Notes: a model not told the origin generated them from the sequence alone. 64,000 nucleotides of DNA from Mobula hypostoma (GCF_963921235.1 NC_086097.1:21702001-21766000), one strand, 5' to 3'. Shown: positions 27,010 through 40,605, counted from the stretch's first letter. Program-made: numbers and translations.

Positions 27010-28550
27010 TTTATAACTTTCACCATAACTTCTTGTTCTTTAATCTTATGACTATATTTATAAAGCACTGCATTCTGTTTGCTTTTACTTAAATCGCTTT
27101 CTCAACCTGCCATGTGACCTTTAATAAACTGTGCACATTTATGACTTTATCTCCCTGTTCTCATGCCCACTTTGCAATTGTGTCCTCTCGTTTATATTGC
27201 CTCTTTTCATTCTTCTCACTAAAATATGACACCTTACATTTCTCAGCATTAAAATTCGTCTGCCTCCTAATTGCCCATTCCACCAGTCTAAATATACCTC
27301 CTCAAAGCCTCTTATCACCTTCCTCACACTTCACTATATCTCTGAATTTTGTGTCATCTGAATATTTGTAAATCATTCCCTTTATACCCAAGTCCAGGCT
27401 TTAACATAGAAAAGGAAAGCAGTTGTCCTAAATTTTTTGGAGTGAAGAAGGATGAGAGGTGACTTGATAGAGATGTATGAGATGAATACAGGCATAGTTT
27501 GAGCGGATAGCCAAAGACTTTTTACCCTAGGCGGAGATGGCTAATATGAAGAGGCGCAATATTAAAGGGATTTGAGGAAATATAGGGGTGATGTCAGAAT
27601 TAAATATTTTTACCCAGAGTGGTGAGTATCTGGAATGCCCTCCCAGTGGTGGTGGAAGAAGCAGATACATTAAGGGCATTTAAGAAACTCTTCGATAGAC
27701 ACATGAATGATGGAATAATGGAGGGCTATATGGGAGGGAAGGATTAGATTGATCTTAGAGTAGGTTAAAAGTTTGGTACAACATTGTGGGCGTGAAGGGT
27801 GGTATGGTAGCGTAGTGGTTTGCACAACACTTTACAGTACAGGCAACCCAGGTTCAATTCCCGCCGCTGCCTGTAAGGAGTTTGTACATTCTCCCCATGA
27901 CCACATAGGTTTCTTCTGTGTTCTCCAGTTTCCTCCCTCAGTCCAAAGACATACTGGTTGATAGGTTATTTGGTCATTGTGAATTGTCAGTGATTAAGCT
28001 AGGATTAAATCAGGGGATTGTTGGGCAGTGTAGCTCAAAGGGCTGGAAAGGCCTATCTCAATAAATAATATAAACCTCTCTCTCTGCTGTTTCTTAGCCA
28101 CTTTTCTATCCATGCTTCTCTGGCCTCTTTTATTCTATGGTCTTCAATCTTCACAATAAGCTGATAATATAACAATTTACCAGTTGCCAAAGGTTCGTAT
28201 TACCACATTAACCACATTTCCCTCGTCAACATTCTTTGTTATTTAATCAGAAAACACTATTGACTTTCACAAATCCATGCTCGTTTACTCTAATTAAACC
28301 ACATTTGTCCAATTGACTGCTAATTCCTTCCCTGGTTATTGTTTTAGGCACTTTCCCCACAGAGGATATTAAACTGATTGGTCTTCAGGTACTAAGTTTA
28401 TCTCGACAACCTTTTCCACAGTTTTCCAATACATAGTCACCAGCTGTGGAGCTTATGGCCAGCACCTTTGTTATTTTCTCTTAACTCTCCTCAGTAACCA
28501 AGGATACGTCCTGCCTGATCCAGGTGACTTATCCACTTTAAATACAGCTA
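27010..28550 (-). mobile_element. Old CR1 RT fragment interrupted by a + strand CR1 3' piece (~27440-27790) and a SINE (~27795-28065)
   Basis: Degenerate RT similarity; SINE body shared with 5280-5492. Confidence 0.65.
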
Positions 28551-28614
28551 CCTGATAAAATGGCAGAGCCGACTTGATAGGCTAAGTGGCCTAATTCTGT
28601 TCCTGTCTTATTAG

Positions 28615-29112
28615 GTCTTCTGCTGCTGTAGTCTATCCACTTCAAGGTTCAGCGTGTTGTGCATTCAGAAAAGCTCTTCTGCACACCACTGTCGTAATGA
28701 GTTACTGTTGCCTGCTTGTCAGCTTGAGAGAGTCTGGTCATTCCCCCCGACCTCTCTCATTAACAACTCATTTTTTGCTCATAGAACTGTTGTTCACTGG
28801 ATATTTTTTGTTTTGCTCACCATTCTCTGTGATGTGAACTCTAGAGACTGTTATTCATGAAAATCCAAGGAGATCAGCAGTTTCTGAGGTACTCAAACCA
28901 CCCTATCTGACACCAACAATTATTATCATTGAACAATTATTCCGTGGTCAAAGTCACTTAGATCACATTTCTTCCTCATTTTGATGTTGTTCCGAACCTC
29001 TTGACCATGTTGCATACTTTTAGGCATTGAGTTGCTGCCGCATGGTTAGCTGATTAGAAATTTACGTTAACGAGCAGGTGTACAGGTGTACCTATTAAAA
29101 GCTCACTGAGTA
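28615..29112 (-). mobile_element. Tc1/mariner non-autonomous fragment
   Basis: Homologous to 56376-56645 and 57438-58025; TIR-like end TGTACCTATTAAAAGCTCACTGAGTA. Confidence 0.75.
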
Positions 29113-29309
29113 TATGTACATATGCTTGGTTGTATGAATGTTAGATTCCCCACTCTTACCTCTTTTACAAATTGTTCTTTGTCATGATCTTGAAATGCTT
29201 TTGGTGCTATTCATTACAATACTGTGGAGGTATTTTGATATAGAGAGTGATTTTGTGCATTTCCTCACTTAAGGACATTTGTAAAAACAGTACCAGTCAG
29301 AGTAAAGTT

Positions 29310-29880
29310 TATTATCAAAGTACATATACAGTATGTTACCATATACTACCCAGAGATTCATTTTCTTGTGGGCATTGCAGTAGAGTAAATAAATGCAATA
29401 GAATTTATGAAAAACTGTACATAAACAAAGACTGACAAGCAACCAATGTGCAAAAGAAGACAAATAGTGCAATAAAAAATATCGAAAAGATGAGTTGTAA
29501 AGAGCCCTCAAAAGTGAGTCTATAGGTTGCAGAATCAGTTCAGTGTTGAGGTGAGTGATCTTATTCATACTGGTTCAGGAGCCTGATCATTAACTCTTCC
29601 TGAACCTAGGGTTTCTGTACCTCCTGCCCAATCAATGGCAGTAGCAAAAAGGGATATGGTGGGGGGTGGGGTCCTTGATGAGGTTGCTGCCTTCTTGCAG
29701 CAGCATTCCTTGTAGACGTGCTCAATGGTGGGGAGGGCTTTGGTTGTGATGGACTATACTGTACCCACCACTTTCTGTAGACCTTTCCATTCCTGGACAT
29801 TGGTGTTTCCATAGCAGGCTGAGATGCAGCCAGGATATTCTCCGTTGTGCATTTATAGAAGTTTATCAAAGTTTTTGGTG
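29310..29880 (-). mobile_element. Rex1/Babar-like LINE 3' fragment
   Basis: KTLINFYKCTTENIL; homologous to 46350-46945. Confidence 0.7.
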
Positions 29881-29889
29881 ACTTTCTGT

Positions 29890-32320
29890 TCCCAGGTGAG
29901 GCTTTTCTTTCCAGGATATCCTTTTTAAAAGAGTGGAGTTTCCCTTCCTCCAACATTGATGCTGCTCTCACCCGCATCACAGCCAATTCTCATACATCTG
30001 CTTTCACCCCACCTTCCTGCCACCTTAACAGTAATAGAATTCCTCTTGTCCTTACCAATCACCCCATGAGTCTCTGCATCTAACATGTCATTCCCTGCAG
30101 CTTCCACCATCTCCAAAGGAATCCTACCACTAAACATGCCTTTACCTCCCCCTCTCTGATTTCCACAGGGACCACTCCCTCCATGATTCCCTCGTCCATT
30201 TGACATTCCCCACTGATCTCCCTCCCAGCATTTCTCCCTGCAAGCAACAAAAGAGCTGCACCTGCCCATTCACCTCTCCCTCACTTCCATTCAGGGCCCC
30301 AAGCTGTCTTTCCAGGTGAGGCACACTTCACCTGTGAATCTGTGGGTGTTGTCTATTGTGTCAGGTGCTCCCGATGTAGCCTCCCCTGCATTGGTGAGAC
30401 CTGTCGTCAAGCACCTCTGCTCCATAGAACATGGAACATAAAATACAGAAATCTACCGCACATTACAGGCCCTTTGGCCCACAATGTTGTGCCCACCATG
30501 TAACCTACTCTAGAAACTGCCTACAGTTTCCTTAGCACATAGCCCTCTATTTTTCTAAGCTCCATGTACCTATCTAAGAGTCTCTTAAAAGACCCTATTG
30601 TATTCATCTATTGCTACTGTCGCTGGCAGTGCATTCCACGCACCCATCACTCTCTGTGTAAAAAAATTTACCCCTGACATTCCCTCTGTGCCTACTTCCA
30701 AGCACCTTAGAACTGTGCTCTCTCGTGTTAGCCATTTCAGCCCTGGGAAAAAGCCTCTGATGATTCACACAATCAATGTGTCTCATTATCTTATATACCT
30801 CTATCAGGTCACCTCTCATCCGTTGCTCCAAGGAGAAAAGGCCAAGTTCACTCAACCTATTCTCGTAAGGCATGCTCCCCAATCCTTGTAAATCTCCTCT
30901 GCACCCTTTCTATAATTTCCACATCCTTCCTGTAGTGAGGTGACCAGAACTGAGCACAGTACTCCAAGTGGGGTCTGACCAGGGTCCTATATAACTGCAA
31001 CATTACCTCTCGGCTCTTGAACTCAATCCCACTGTTGATGAAGGCCAGTGCACCATATACCTTCTTAACCACCCAGTCAACCTGCGCAGCAGCTTTGAGT
31101 GTCCTATGGACTCGCACCCCAAGATCCCTCTGATCCTTCACACTGCCAAGAGTGTTACCATTAATACTATATTCTGCCAACATATTTGACCTACCAAAAT
31201 GAACCACCTCACACTTATCTGGGTTGAACACCATCTGCCACTTCTCAGCATAGTTTTGCATCCTATCAATGTCCCGCTGTAACCTCTGACAGCCCTCCAC
31301 ACTATCCACAACACCTCCAACCTTTGTGTCATCAGCAAATTTACTAACCCATCCCTCCACTTCCTCATGCAGGTCATTTATCAAAATCACAAAGAGAAAG
31401 GGTCCCAGAACAGATCCCTGAGGCACACCACTGGTCACAAACCTCCATGCAGAATATGACCCGTCTACAACCACTCTTTGCCTTCTGTGGGCAAGCCAAT
31501 TCTGTATCCACAAAGCAATGTCTCCTTGGATCCCATGTCTCCTTACTTTCTCAATAAGCCTTTCATGGGGTACCTTATCAAATGCCTTGCTAAAATCCAT
31601 ATACGCTACATCTACTGCTCTACCTTCATCAGTGTGTTTAGTCACATCCTCAAAAAATGTAATTAGGCTCGTAAAGAACGACCGTCACACTTGATTGGTC
31701 CTATTCTCTCACGTCTTCTCCTCTTGTTCTTCACATACTTGTGGAACACCTTGGGGTTTTCCTTAATCCTGCTTGCCAAGGCCTTCTCATAGCCCCTTTT
31801 GGTTCTCCTAATTTCATTATTAAGCTCCTTCCTGCTAGCCTTATAATTTTCTAGATCTCTATCATTATCTAGTTTCTTTCGAATCTTTTGTAAGCTTTTC
31901 TTATATACCACCTGGGTAGCCTCCAACCTGATGGCATGAAAATTGATTTCTCTTTCCAGTAAAAGAAATTTCTCCCCCTTCTTCTATTCCCTACTCAGGC
32001 CTCTTACCACTTCTAACCTGCCTATCACCCTCCTCCTTCCCTCTCTCCTACACTCTTCTATCAGATTCCTTCCTCTCCAGTCCTTTATCTTTCTTATCCA
32101 CCTGGCTTCACCTGTCACCTTCCAGCTGTCCTCCTTACCCTCCCCCCACCTTTTTCCTCTGGTGTCTTTGCCCTTCTTTTCCAGTCCTGAGGAAGGGTCT
32201 GGGCCAGAAATGTCAACTGTTTGTTCATTTCTGTGGATGCCGCCTGACCTGCTGAGTTCCTCCAGCATTTTGTGTGTGTTGCTCTGGATTTCCAGCATCT
32301 GCAGAGTTTCTCATGTTTAT
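29890..32320 (+). mobile_element. Penelope-like element (29890-30425 and 31909-32320) split by a CR1 insertion
   Basis: Both parts match 47535-48736; GIY-YIG region resumes at CTGGGTAGCCTCCAACCTGATGGCATG. Confidence 0.85.
30426..31900 (-). mobile_element. 5'-truncated CR1 LINE with 262-aa RT ORF remnant (30857-31645)
   Basis: YMDFSKAFDKVPH, GVPQGSVLGP, KFADDTK, RPHLEYCAQFWSP; same subfamily as 11116-12469 and 53320-54115. Confidence 0.92.
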
Positions 32321-32701
32321 AATGCTAAAGCTGATGCTCTTTAGTTATACTGTTCCCCACAAATGCAATTATTCTCTCACTATCCACTTTCAGCATCTTC
32401 TCTCAAGGGAGAGAGAGAGAGCCAGTCTCCTCATCATGTCCTGATACATACAAGCCTCATTTCTGGTATTATCTTCTCTGCACACACTCTTTATCCTTTT
32501 TAAAACATGACAAGCAGAATTGTATTCAGTACTCAAGTGTGGTCTAACCAATGTTCAGTACAAGTTGAGCATAAGTTTCCATTTTTCCTCTGCTAGAAAT
32601 ACACATTTAAGGTTGGTTTGCTTTCTTAATTAACTTGCTAACCTGTAGTGTATCCTTTAGTTATTGGGGTATTGTTCATTTACTCCACTTAGATTGGCAT
32701 C

Positions 32702-33021
32702 TTTTTTTTTAGTGTATGTGCACGTGTGCGTCTGTGTGTGTGTGTCTGCATGCATGCGTCCATGCGTGTGCAATGTTGGCGGGACGATGTCTTTTTCATG
32801 CCTTTACAATGCGCGGAGCAAGAGAGAGACTGTGTGGTACGCCACCCCTCACACAGACATTTCACAGTATTTTTCCCTTTATTTTACGAGGTCAGGTTGT
32901 GGTCTTGACACTCATCCCGGCACGGATGGAAAACTTACTTGGGAGCAGACCCGGCTGGGTTCGAAACCGGGAACCTCCGTTCCAGAGTCCGGCGCTGATG
33001 TCATTGTGCCACCAGCTGGCC
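32702..33021 (-). mobile_element. tRNA-derived poly(A)-tailed SINE
   Basis: Head GGCCAGCTGGTGGCACAATGA (A box) .. GGTTTCGAACCC (B box); A-tail; degenerate 14-bp TSD TAGATTGGCATCTT (32690-32703) / TAGATTCACATCTT (33023-33036). Confidence 0.8.
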
Positions 33022-33219
33022 CTAGATTCACATCTTCTAAGTATTATGTGGCCTCCTGTTTATTCCTAACAAAATCTTGAATCTCCTATTTACTGTGTTG
33101 AATTTCTGTGCTAATTATTTATCCGCTCTGCAAGTTTCTTAATGACTTCTTGTAATTTGTTGAAGCCATCCTCAGTATTGACAGTTTGGTATCATTAGTT
33201 CTTTATTCCATCTAGATTA

Positions 33220-35700
33220 GAACATGGGACAATGCAACATAGGCCCACGATGTTGTGTCGAGCTTTTAACCTACTCCAATCTAACCCTTCTTTCCCATAC
33301 AGCCCAATGTTTTTCTTTCATTCATGTACCTATCCAAGGGTCGCTAAATTGACTGAATGTGCCTGTCATGGGAATCCTTGTCGATCACCTTACTAAAATC
33401 CATTTACACTACATCCACCACTCTACCTTCATCAATTTGTTTTGTTACTTTCTTGATCAAGACAATCAGGCTTGTGAGGCACAAGCTACCCCTCACAAAG
33501 CCATGTTGACTATCCCTGATCATTCTGTACTTCCTCAAATGCCTGTAAGCCCTGTCTCTAAGAACCATCTCTAATAGTTTGCTCACTACTGATGCAAGAC
33601 TCACTGGTTTTTAATCCCCAGGGTTATCCCTAATTACCCTTTTTTGAACTAAGGAATAACATTCGCCATCCACCTTTCTGGTGCTACTCCTGTGGCCAGT
33701 GATGATGAAAATAATCACCAAAGGTGCAGCATTCTCTTCTGTTGTTTCACAAAATAACCTGGGATACATCCTGTCCAGACCAGGGACTTACCGGTCCTAA
33801 GGTTTTTCAAAGGTTCCAACACACCCTCTTTCTTAAGGTCAACATACTCTAGCATATCAGTCTGTTTGAGGCTGTCCTCATATTTGTCAAGGTTCCTCTC
33901 ACTGGTGTAGACTGAAGCAGAATATTTATTAACGATTCCCTTACCACCTCCTACTCCAGGTACATATTTCCTCCTTTACTTCTGATCAGTCCTACACTCA
34001 CTCTAGTCATCCTCCTTTTCTTCGCGTACATCACATCAAATCAAGTATAATTGTCATTCAAGCCATACATGGATACAGCTGAATGAGACAGCATTCCCCT
34101 GGGGTCAAGGTGCAGAAACTTACACACGCATTCTAAATAACGAGAAAGGGAAAAAAAAGAACATAGTCATGTAAGAAAGCATATTTTTAGTCCAAGTCCC
34201 TGAGTGACAAGTCCCACAAATTGATGGTTCCCAGCAGTCCAGCCTATAATTCCACCGATCCAACACTGGAGGGCAACACTGACAGGAGAGGCCATCCTCA
34301 GCTGAGCCCAGACAACAAACAACAATGCAAGCCTGAGGACTGAGGCCTAGTCCTTGCTACAACTGAGGTGACACTGCTGCCTCGCCGCCTGTCTCCCCAC
34401 CACATGGGAAAGCAGGCCTGCGGCAATCGATGCTCAACGGGGTCTTACATTTGCAATAGAAGCGTCCAAGACAGTCACTCACAGTTTCACTGTACGCTGC
34501 CTTTGCGCCAACTTGAAGGCGCTATCTCCATTGCCACCGAGTAGCATGCAGCATCACGGTCTGCACCCAAGTCAGCTCTTCCAGACCCAATCTGGCTTCT
34601 CCTGTAGCCCAACGCCTGGTACGAGTCCCTAGGCTCGACAGCCCGACAGCCCGACTCAAATCCCCAGATCCAACGGCCCATCTTGACATCCCAGGTCCAA
34701 TGGCCTGACTCAACCTTCCCTGTCCGATGGGGAGGACATGTAGAATGCCTGGGGTTTTCCCTAATCTTACTTGCATAGGCATTTCACGTCCCCTTCCAGG
34801 TCTCCTAAGTCCCGTCTTAAGTTTTTTCCTGGCTACCTTATAACTTTTAAAAGACCGACATGATCTCTCATTGTTAAATCTTAAGTATGCTTCCTTCGTC
34901 CTCCTGACTAGATGTTGAGCCTCTCTTGCCAACCATCATGCCTTCACGCTGCCATTCTTTCCCTGCCTCAATGGGACAGACCTATCCAGAACCCCGTGGA
35001 AGTGCTCCCTAAATAACCTCCACATCTCCATTGTATATTTCCCTGAGAACACCTGTTCATGTTTTATGATCCCAAGTTTATGCCTAACGGCATCAGACTT
35101 TGCTCTTCCCCCAATTCAATACTTTCCCAATTTTACATTATACCGTAACTGATCCCAGCAATGATCTTGTAGAAGACCACTACTCAGCTTCTTCCACACT
35201 GAACAGATACGCGTTGCTCCCACTCAGCTTTCTGCCTTGAAGCCAGTTAGCAACCCATTCAGCTATTCAGCTATTCCCTGACCCTGCCATTTGTCATATT
35301 ATTCATTTCCCCTATTATATGGTGCTTTATCAAAGGCTTTTGAAACTCCAGATAGATTTCCGTTTCTGCACTATCATTGTCTACTCTCTCTGTGGTGCCT
35401 TCAAAAAATTCAGTAAGCTTGGTTAAGCAAGACCTCTTTTGAAATCCATACTGATTATTCATTATTATATTTTTCATTTCTAGATGTTTTTTTTTCTCTC
35501 TTCTAGTAAGAACCCTGCTCCTAGGTTAAACTGATTAGCCTATAATTCCCAGGATGCACATACTTTTTATATAGAAGTATAACACTAGATATCTATTTGT
35601 TCTCTGGCACCACCTCATATAAAACCAAACTTTAAAAGGTGGTTATAATGCCTCTGTAATTTCTCATCGGATTATTTAAAAAAACATAGAAATTGTGGGT
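33220..35700 (-). mobile_element. Degraded CR1 ORF2 fragments interrupted by a non-coding element (~34030-34735)
   Basis: SLASVVSKLLEMVLRDR..SQHGFVRG; NQYGFQKRSCLTKLTEFFE. Confidence 0.75.
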
Positions 35701-36119
35701 TTAATCTTCTTTGAAATTAATTGGTTTACTTAACATATCTTCTTTGCCTCTTTTAAATACACTTACGTATCTCGTCCCTCATCGTCCAATGTTATGTCAT
35801 TCAGACCAATCTTCCTGATTCAAAATTATAATTTATTGTTTCAGCAACTTCTTTATGTTCTCTATCCCTAAACACCCTATTCTCACCCTAATCCCTTCCC
35901 ACTTTCAGCATCTGTAAAACGTTTTATTATTCTGTTTTGTTCTGATAATTTAACATCATCGTTCTTTCTTGGCATCAAAAATTTCAATGTTTCTTCTAAT
36001 TCCTTTATTTATGTATGTATCTATTTATTTACTTAGACATGTTGCATGGTATCAGGCCCTCCTGCTCAACAAGCCTGCACTGCCTAACTACACCCATGTG
36101 ATCAATTAACCTCTCACCT

Positions 36120-36352
36120 GGAGGTGTGGTGAATCTGTGGAATTTTTTGGCTCAGGTGGCTGTGGAGGTCAAGTCATTGGGTATATATCTAAGGCAGAGG
36201 TTGATAGATTCTTGATTAGTCAGGGCACGAAGGGTTACGGGGAGAAGGCAGGAGACTGGGGCTGAGAGGAAAGAATGGGTTAGCCAAGATGAAATGACAG
36301 AGGGAGACTCAATGGGCCAAATGGCCTAATTCTGTTCCTATATCTTATAGCC
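36120..36352 (+). mobile_element. CR1 3' end inserted in a minus-strand SINE
   Basis: Matches 1150-1360. Confidence 0.75.
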
Positions 36353-39307
36353 TTTGGAAGGTGTAATGAAATCGGAGCACCTAGAAGAAACCCACGTGGT
36401 TATGGGGAGAACGTACAAACTCCTTACAGATGGCTGGCGCTGTCATAGCACTACACAAACCGCCATGCTGTTGTTGCACCCATTTTGTCCTTAATGTGTA
36501 CCCCTCTCCTTACCCTCAATTGTTCCCTTATGTCATTCTTTACTTCCATGGAGTATTGTAATTCCAGCTTGTTCTTTTTTAGTGGAATATATCTTCCTTC
36601 CACTCTGCCGAACATCATTTTAAACACTTCTCATCATTGTACTACTTCATTGTTCATTAATACTCCTGTCCATTGTACCTTCCCACGTTCTGTACTCAGC
36701 CAACTCAGAGTATATCTTGTGCCTTTGCTTAATCTGTGCTTCATCCAGCTTTTGTTCAAATAGAGGAGCACCAATTGAGGGAGGATGCTAGATGGTAGGC
36801 AAGGGGTGTTGATGTCCTATAGTCAATGTTGAGTACTACCTGCACTACTCCCTCCTATCCATGCAGCCCCCAATGTAGGACTTACCCAGCAATATTTTGG
36901 AGGCATCTGGAATATTGCAAGTTTTAATTATAATGGGTTTAACAGTGTACAGCTGTTTATTGAAAAATCGGTGGAATAACATCCAAGTTTAGACACCAGT
37001 CCCCAAGTGTTTGTGAGGAAAGAGTTTGCGAAGTCAACTGGACTGTGAGTACCTTTGCCTTGTCTGAATGTCATGATCTATCTGGCTTTATCTCTGATTA
37101 ATTGCTAAATGTTGGCCGGGACACTGAAGAAAACTCCTCCACTGGGTGTTCCTCAAGATAATTCCATAGGATTTTTTATATTTGCATAGGAGACAAGATG
37201 GAGGTTTGGTCTGAGGTCTAACCTTTAAGACATCCTTGGAGTGCTGGCCTAGGACTGAAAGTCAGGCAAGATCTGAACAATATGAAACAGTATTTTTGGT
37301 CAAAGACCCTCTCTCAGACAAGGGATCCTTGACCCAAAGTATTGACTCTGTCTCTCTTACTATAGATGCTGCCCGACCTGCTGGGTGTTCACAACATCTG
37401 TAACTTCTTAATTCTCAGAAAAACGTTTTTCTGGTAGTATGAGAGAGAAAGGGGCTGGGGGACAGGCCAAAAGATTCCACATGGACCACTGCTCGAAGTA
37501 AATTGGGCTCCAGTTCATGGAATATTTACAATTAAGCCCTAACCATGGTGAGATTCTCGAGGTGAATGTTTATCCCAAATGGGTCCCAAATGTCCTTTAT
37601 CTGACTGCTGGTGATAGTCCGTACTAAACACAGATTGGCTGCTATATTTCAAGTTAAAGTTCAAGTATATTATCTTCATAGGCGTACTTCACAGGACGTA
37701 GATGTCATAAAAATTAGCTTGTTGTAGCAGCACAGTACATTACAGACTTGACAGACACAAATTAGCGTCACGAGAGAGCCTGCGGATGCTGGAAGTCCAA
37801 GGCAACACACACAAAATGCTGGAGGAACTCAGCAGGCCAGGCAGCGTTTATGGAAAAGAGTAAACAGTTGAGGTTTCGGGCCAAGACCCTTCATCAGGAC
37901 TCAATTAACATCAACTTAAATTAACATAAATTATACACAACTTTGCATGCGCAAAAATAAACATAACAATAGTCGAAGGCTGAGAGAGAGTGCATTGCTA
38001 GTGTTTTTCCAACGTTACAAGAGAGACCTGAAATCAAGAGATGCTTCATTGGCTCTAATGCACTTTAGGACATCCTGAGGTATGAGGGGCATTGTATAGA
38101 CCCATCTTCCTTCTGCTAACCCGCCCTCGGGGGAGCACTGTTATGCCAATTCCCTGTCATCCGCAGGTTGCTGCTCCACTGTCGTCAACTTTCCTATCAG
38201 ACCTGACAGCAATCAGTCAGTCCATCAAGGCATGAGGCACCCTCTGGATGCTTTATTTTCACAGACATTCTGGGCACATATTTGATCTGTGGGAATAATT
38301 GTACAATCTGTTCTGGCAGTTAGAGATGCCCTTGATCATCTCTCTGTATTCCACAGGCATGAACCTGTCACAGTCTTGCCACTTTATCTTCTTTCATTGT
38401 AACCAGCTCCTACACCGAGCGGCTGATCATATTGGTGAAATAAAAGAAGGCAAGACGTGATTTATTAGCAGGCTACAAAACTCCCACTGTGACCTCTGTC
38501 AGGAACTGAAAATGATCAACAGTAATATGAGGAAGTAGATATCACAATTCATTTCGGGGTCAATAATCCTAGATTCAACTGGTATCAAAGTAATATTTAT
38601 CCCTTCATTTTTCTCATATTTCTCACTGTCACAAAATGATACAAGTGAGAATATATTCCACCCTCGTTTTATAAGAGAGGTTTAAATCCTCCACTTTAAT
38701 TTACATTGACTAGACCGAACATTTCTTGCCATGTTGTCACACTGTCTCTGCCATTGTTTTGAGTGCTCTGAATTATTGTCCATGCACCTTCCAGTTGAAG
38801 CCTTGAAGATCTTATAGTGGTATTAACACCACAAGACCTCCGGTATACGCTCCCTAAAAAAAAGGTATAAATATGAAAAGGATCAGCTAATTGTAAAACA
38901 GTAAAAAATAAGTAAAAAAAAGTTAGCTCAATTAAAATACACACAGAACAGAACAAAAGCCGGAAAGTATATATTAAAAAAAACCACAATAAACCTCAAA
39001 CTCATGAATAGACACAGCAACAAAAAAAATAGGATTATTAACATAAAATGATTATAAAAAGCAAAACAGAATAAAATTTAAAAAAAACTACAAAATTTAA
39101 GGCCGCACAGGAAATACGTAAGATGACAAAAGGGAAGTAACCACCCAGAATCCCCTGGGAAAAGAAAGAAATGACGCAGTTAAAAAGAAAGTTTAGCAGC
39201 CATATTAAGAAATCGAAAGTAAACTTTTCTGCCCAAATAGGGCACAGAAAAGTTAAAACCAACCAATTCACAGCCTCCGATCAACGGAGAAAATTAAAAA
39301 AAGGCAA

Positions 39308-40207
39308 TTAAGATGTTGAAGATGAAAGTTGATCCAGATAACTCTGGGCATCCGATGGAGAATCAAAAAAACGAAGAGCTCCATCTAACATGCGAATCCT
39401 TAGACGTGCAGGGTACAGCAGCGCTGGTCTTAAATCCATCTTATAGAATTCCGACATCACGGATCTGTAACGGACCCGTTGGTCCCAGATTGGTTTACTG
39501 AAATCTTCCACGAATCGGAACTTAAGATCCGAAAAATCAATGAAACCTTTAGATCGAGCGAATCGAAACAGTCTCTCCTTATCTTGAAAATAATGAAAAC
39601 GTAAGATAACATGCCTAGGTCTATCTGACCTAGACGAGTATGATGGGATTCTGTGAACACGATCCAGTAGCGGTGGTTGGTCAGGAAATACAGTAGGGAA
39701 TGCATCTTTTAAAAGTTGGGAGAAATATTTCATAGGGTTGTTAGCTTCCACGGCTTCCCTGACGCCAATCATTCGTAAATTCTGCCGTCGCATTCTAGAT
39801 TCCAAGTCAGAGTTTTTAAAAGTCAAAAAGTCAAGTTTCTTCTTCATTACATTAATTGTTTCTTCGACTTTCCCCATCTTAAGCTCACTTTGTTGCGCGG
39901 ATTTTTGAAGACCAGATATAGCCGACTGATGTTCCGCAATACATGTTTGCATCTTATCAATTAAATCGGCAATTTTCTGGAACTTAGTTGAGATTTCCAT
40001 ATGAATCAGGTCTTTAACAAAGCCCATAATTTCTGTACGAATCATCTCCCTAACAGAGGTTGAAATTTCCCTCTGAATTAACTCCGATATAGCTTCCAAA
40101 GTCACCGGTGATTCAGTCGGAGGGAGATCCGTAGCTTTCGGTTTAACCGGAGGTTTACCATCCTTGCCGTCTTTCCCGTTCTTAGACATAGCAGATCTAA
40201 GTTCCAT
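39308..40207 (-). CDS. L1 ORF1p (coiled-coil + RRM + CTD, Transposase_22-type), 299 aa, uninterrupted
   Basis: Heptad-rich N-terminal half followed by DLESRMRRQNLRMIGVRE, LDRVHRI, PRHVILRFHYFQDKE, FVEDFS, LLYPARLRI. Confidence 0.93.
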   Translation of the reverse strand: MELRSAMSKNGKDGKDGKPPVKPKATDLPPTESPVTLEAISELIQREISTSVREMIRTEIMGFVKDLIHMEISTKFQKIADLIDKMQTCIAEHQSAISGLQKSAQQSELKMGKVEETINVMKKKLDFLTFKNSDLESRMRRQNLRMIGVREAVEANNPMKYFSQLLKDAFPTVFPDQPPLLDRVHRIPSYSSRSDRPRHVILRFHYFQDKERLFRFARSKGFIDFSDLKFRFVEDFSKPIWDQRVRYRSVMSEFYKMDLRPALLYPARLRIRMLDGALRFFDSPSDAQSYLDQLSSSTS

Positions 40208-40360
40208 CCAATTGTCAGAGAATTCAGTTTAATTCAAAGTATTGTAAAAATTGATGCCTTAATAGTTAATTAAAGTATAGCTGACCATAGAGAGAAAAAA
40301 CTCAGAGGTAATGGAGCGAGTCAAGAACGCGACTTCACTCCATGAGCGCTACCGGAAGTC
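40208..40360 (-). promoter_or_regulatory. L1 5'UTR / putative internal Pol II promoter
   Basis: Begins GACTTCCGGT (fish-L1-type 5' end; ETS-like CCGGAAGT on the + strand); CpG-containing; directly upstream of ORF1. Confidence 0.65.
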
Positions 40361-40605
40361 ATGGGGGTAGTTTTAGCGCTTGCTTCTTTCTGGCGGGTCT
40401 GCTTTAGATTTCGCCTTGGGGTCCTGGGGTGGGGGGCGGTGGGAGGGGCTTCACGTTTTAGTTTGTTTCTCTTTGGGCTATATACATTATTGAAGTATTG
40501 GTTACGTCCTTTTCCCCGGTATCTTTTGTATGTTCTGTTTCCTCTCCGGGTCTGTGGGTCGCGCCTATTGTCAATCCTCCTTGTTATGGGTTGACTTTAG
40601 GATTT

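Noticed and set aside
32940..33021. tRNA gene
   Set aside because: No clean acceptor stem; continues into a body, A-tail and TSD, so it is a SINE head.
38696..39271. Hydrophobic minus-strand ORFs (77 and 97 aa) suggesting membrane proteins
   Set aside because: By-product of the T-rich L1 spacer; non-ATG starts, and one crosses the TSD.
40498..40605. 36-aa N-terminal extension of ORF2 in the ORF track
   Set aside because: It starts at a non-ATG codon; endonuclease homology begins just after ATG 40606.
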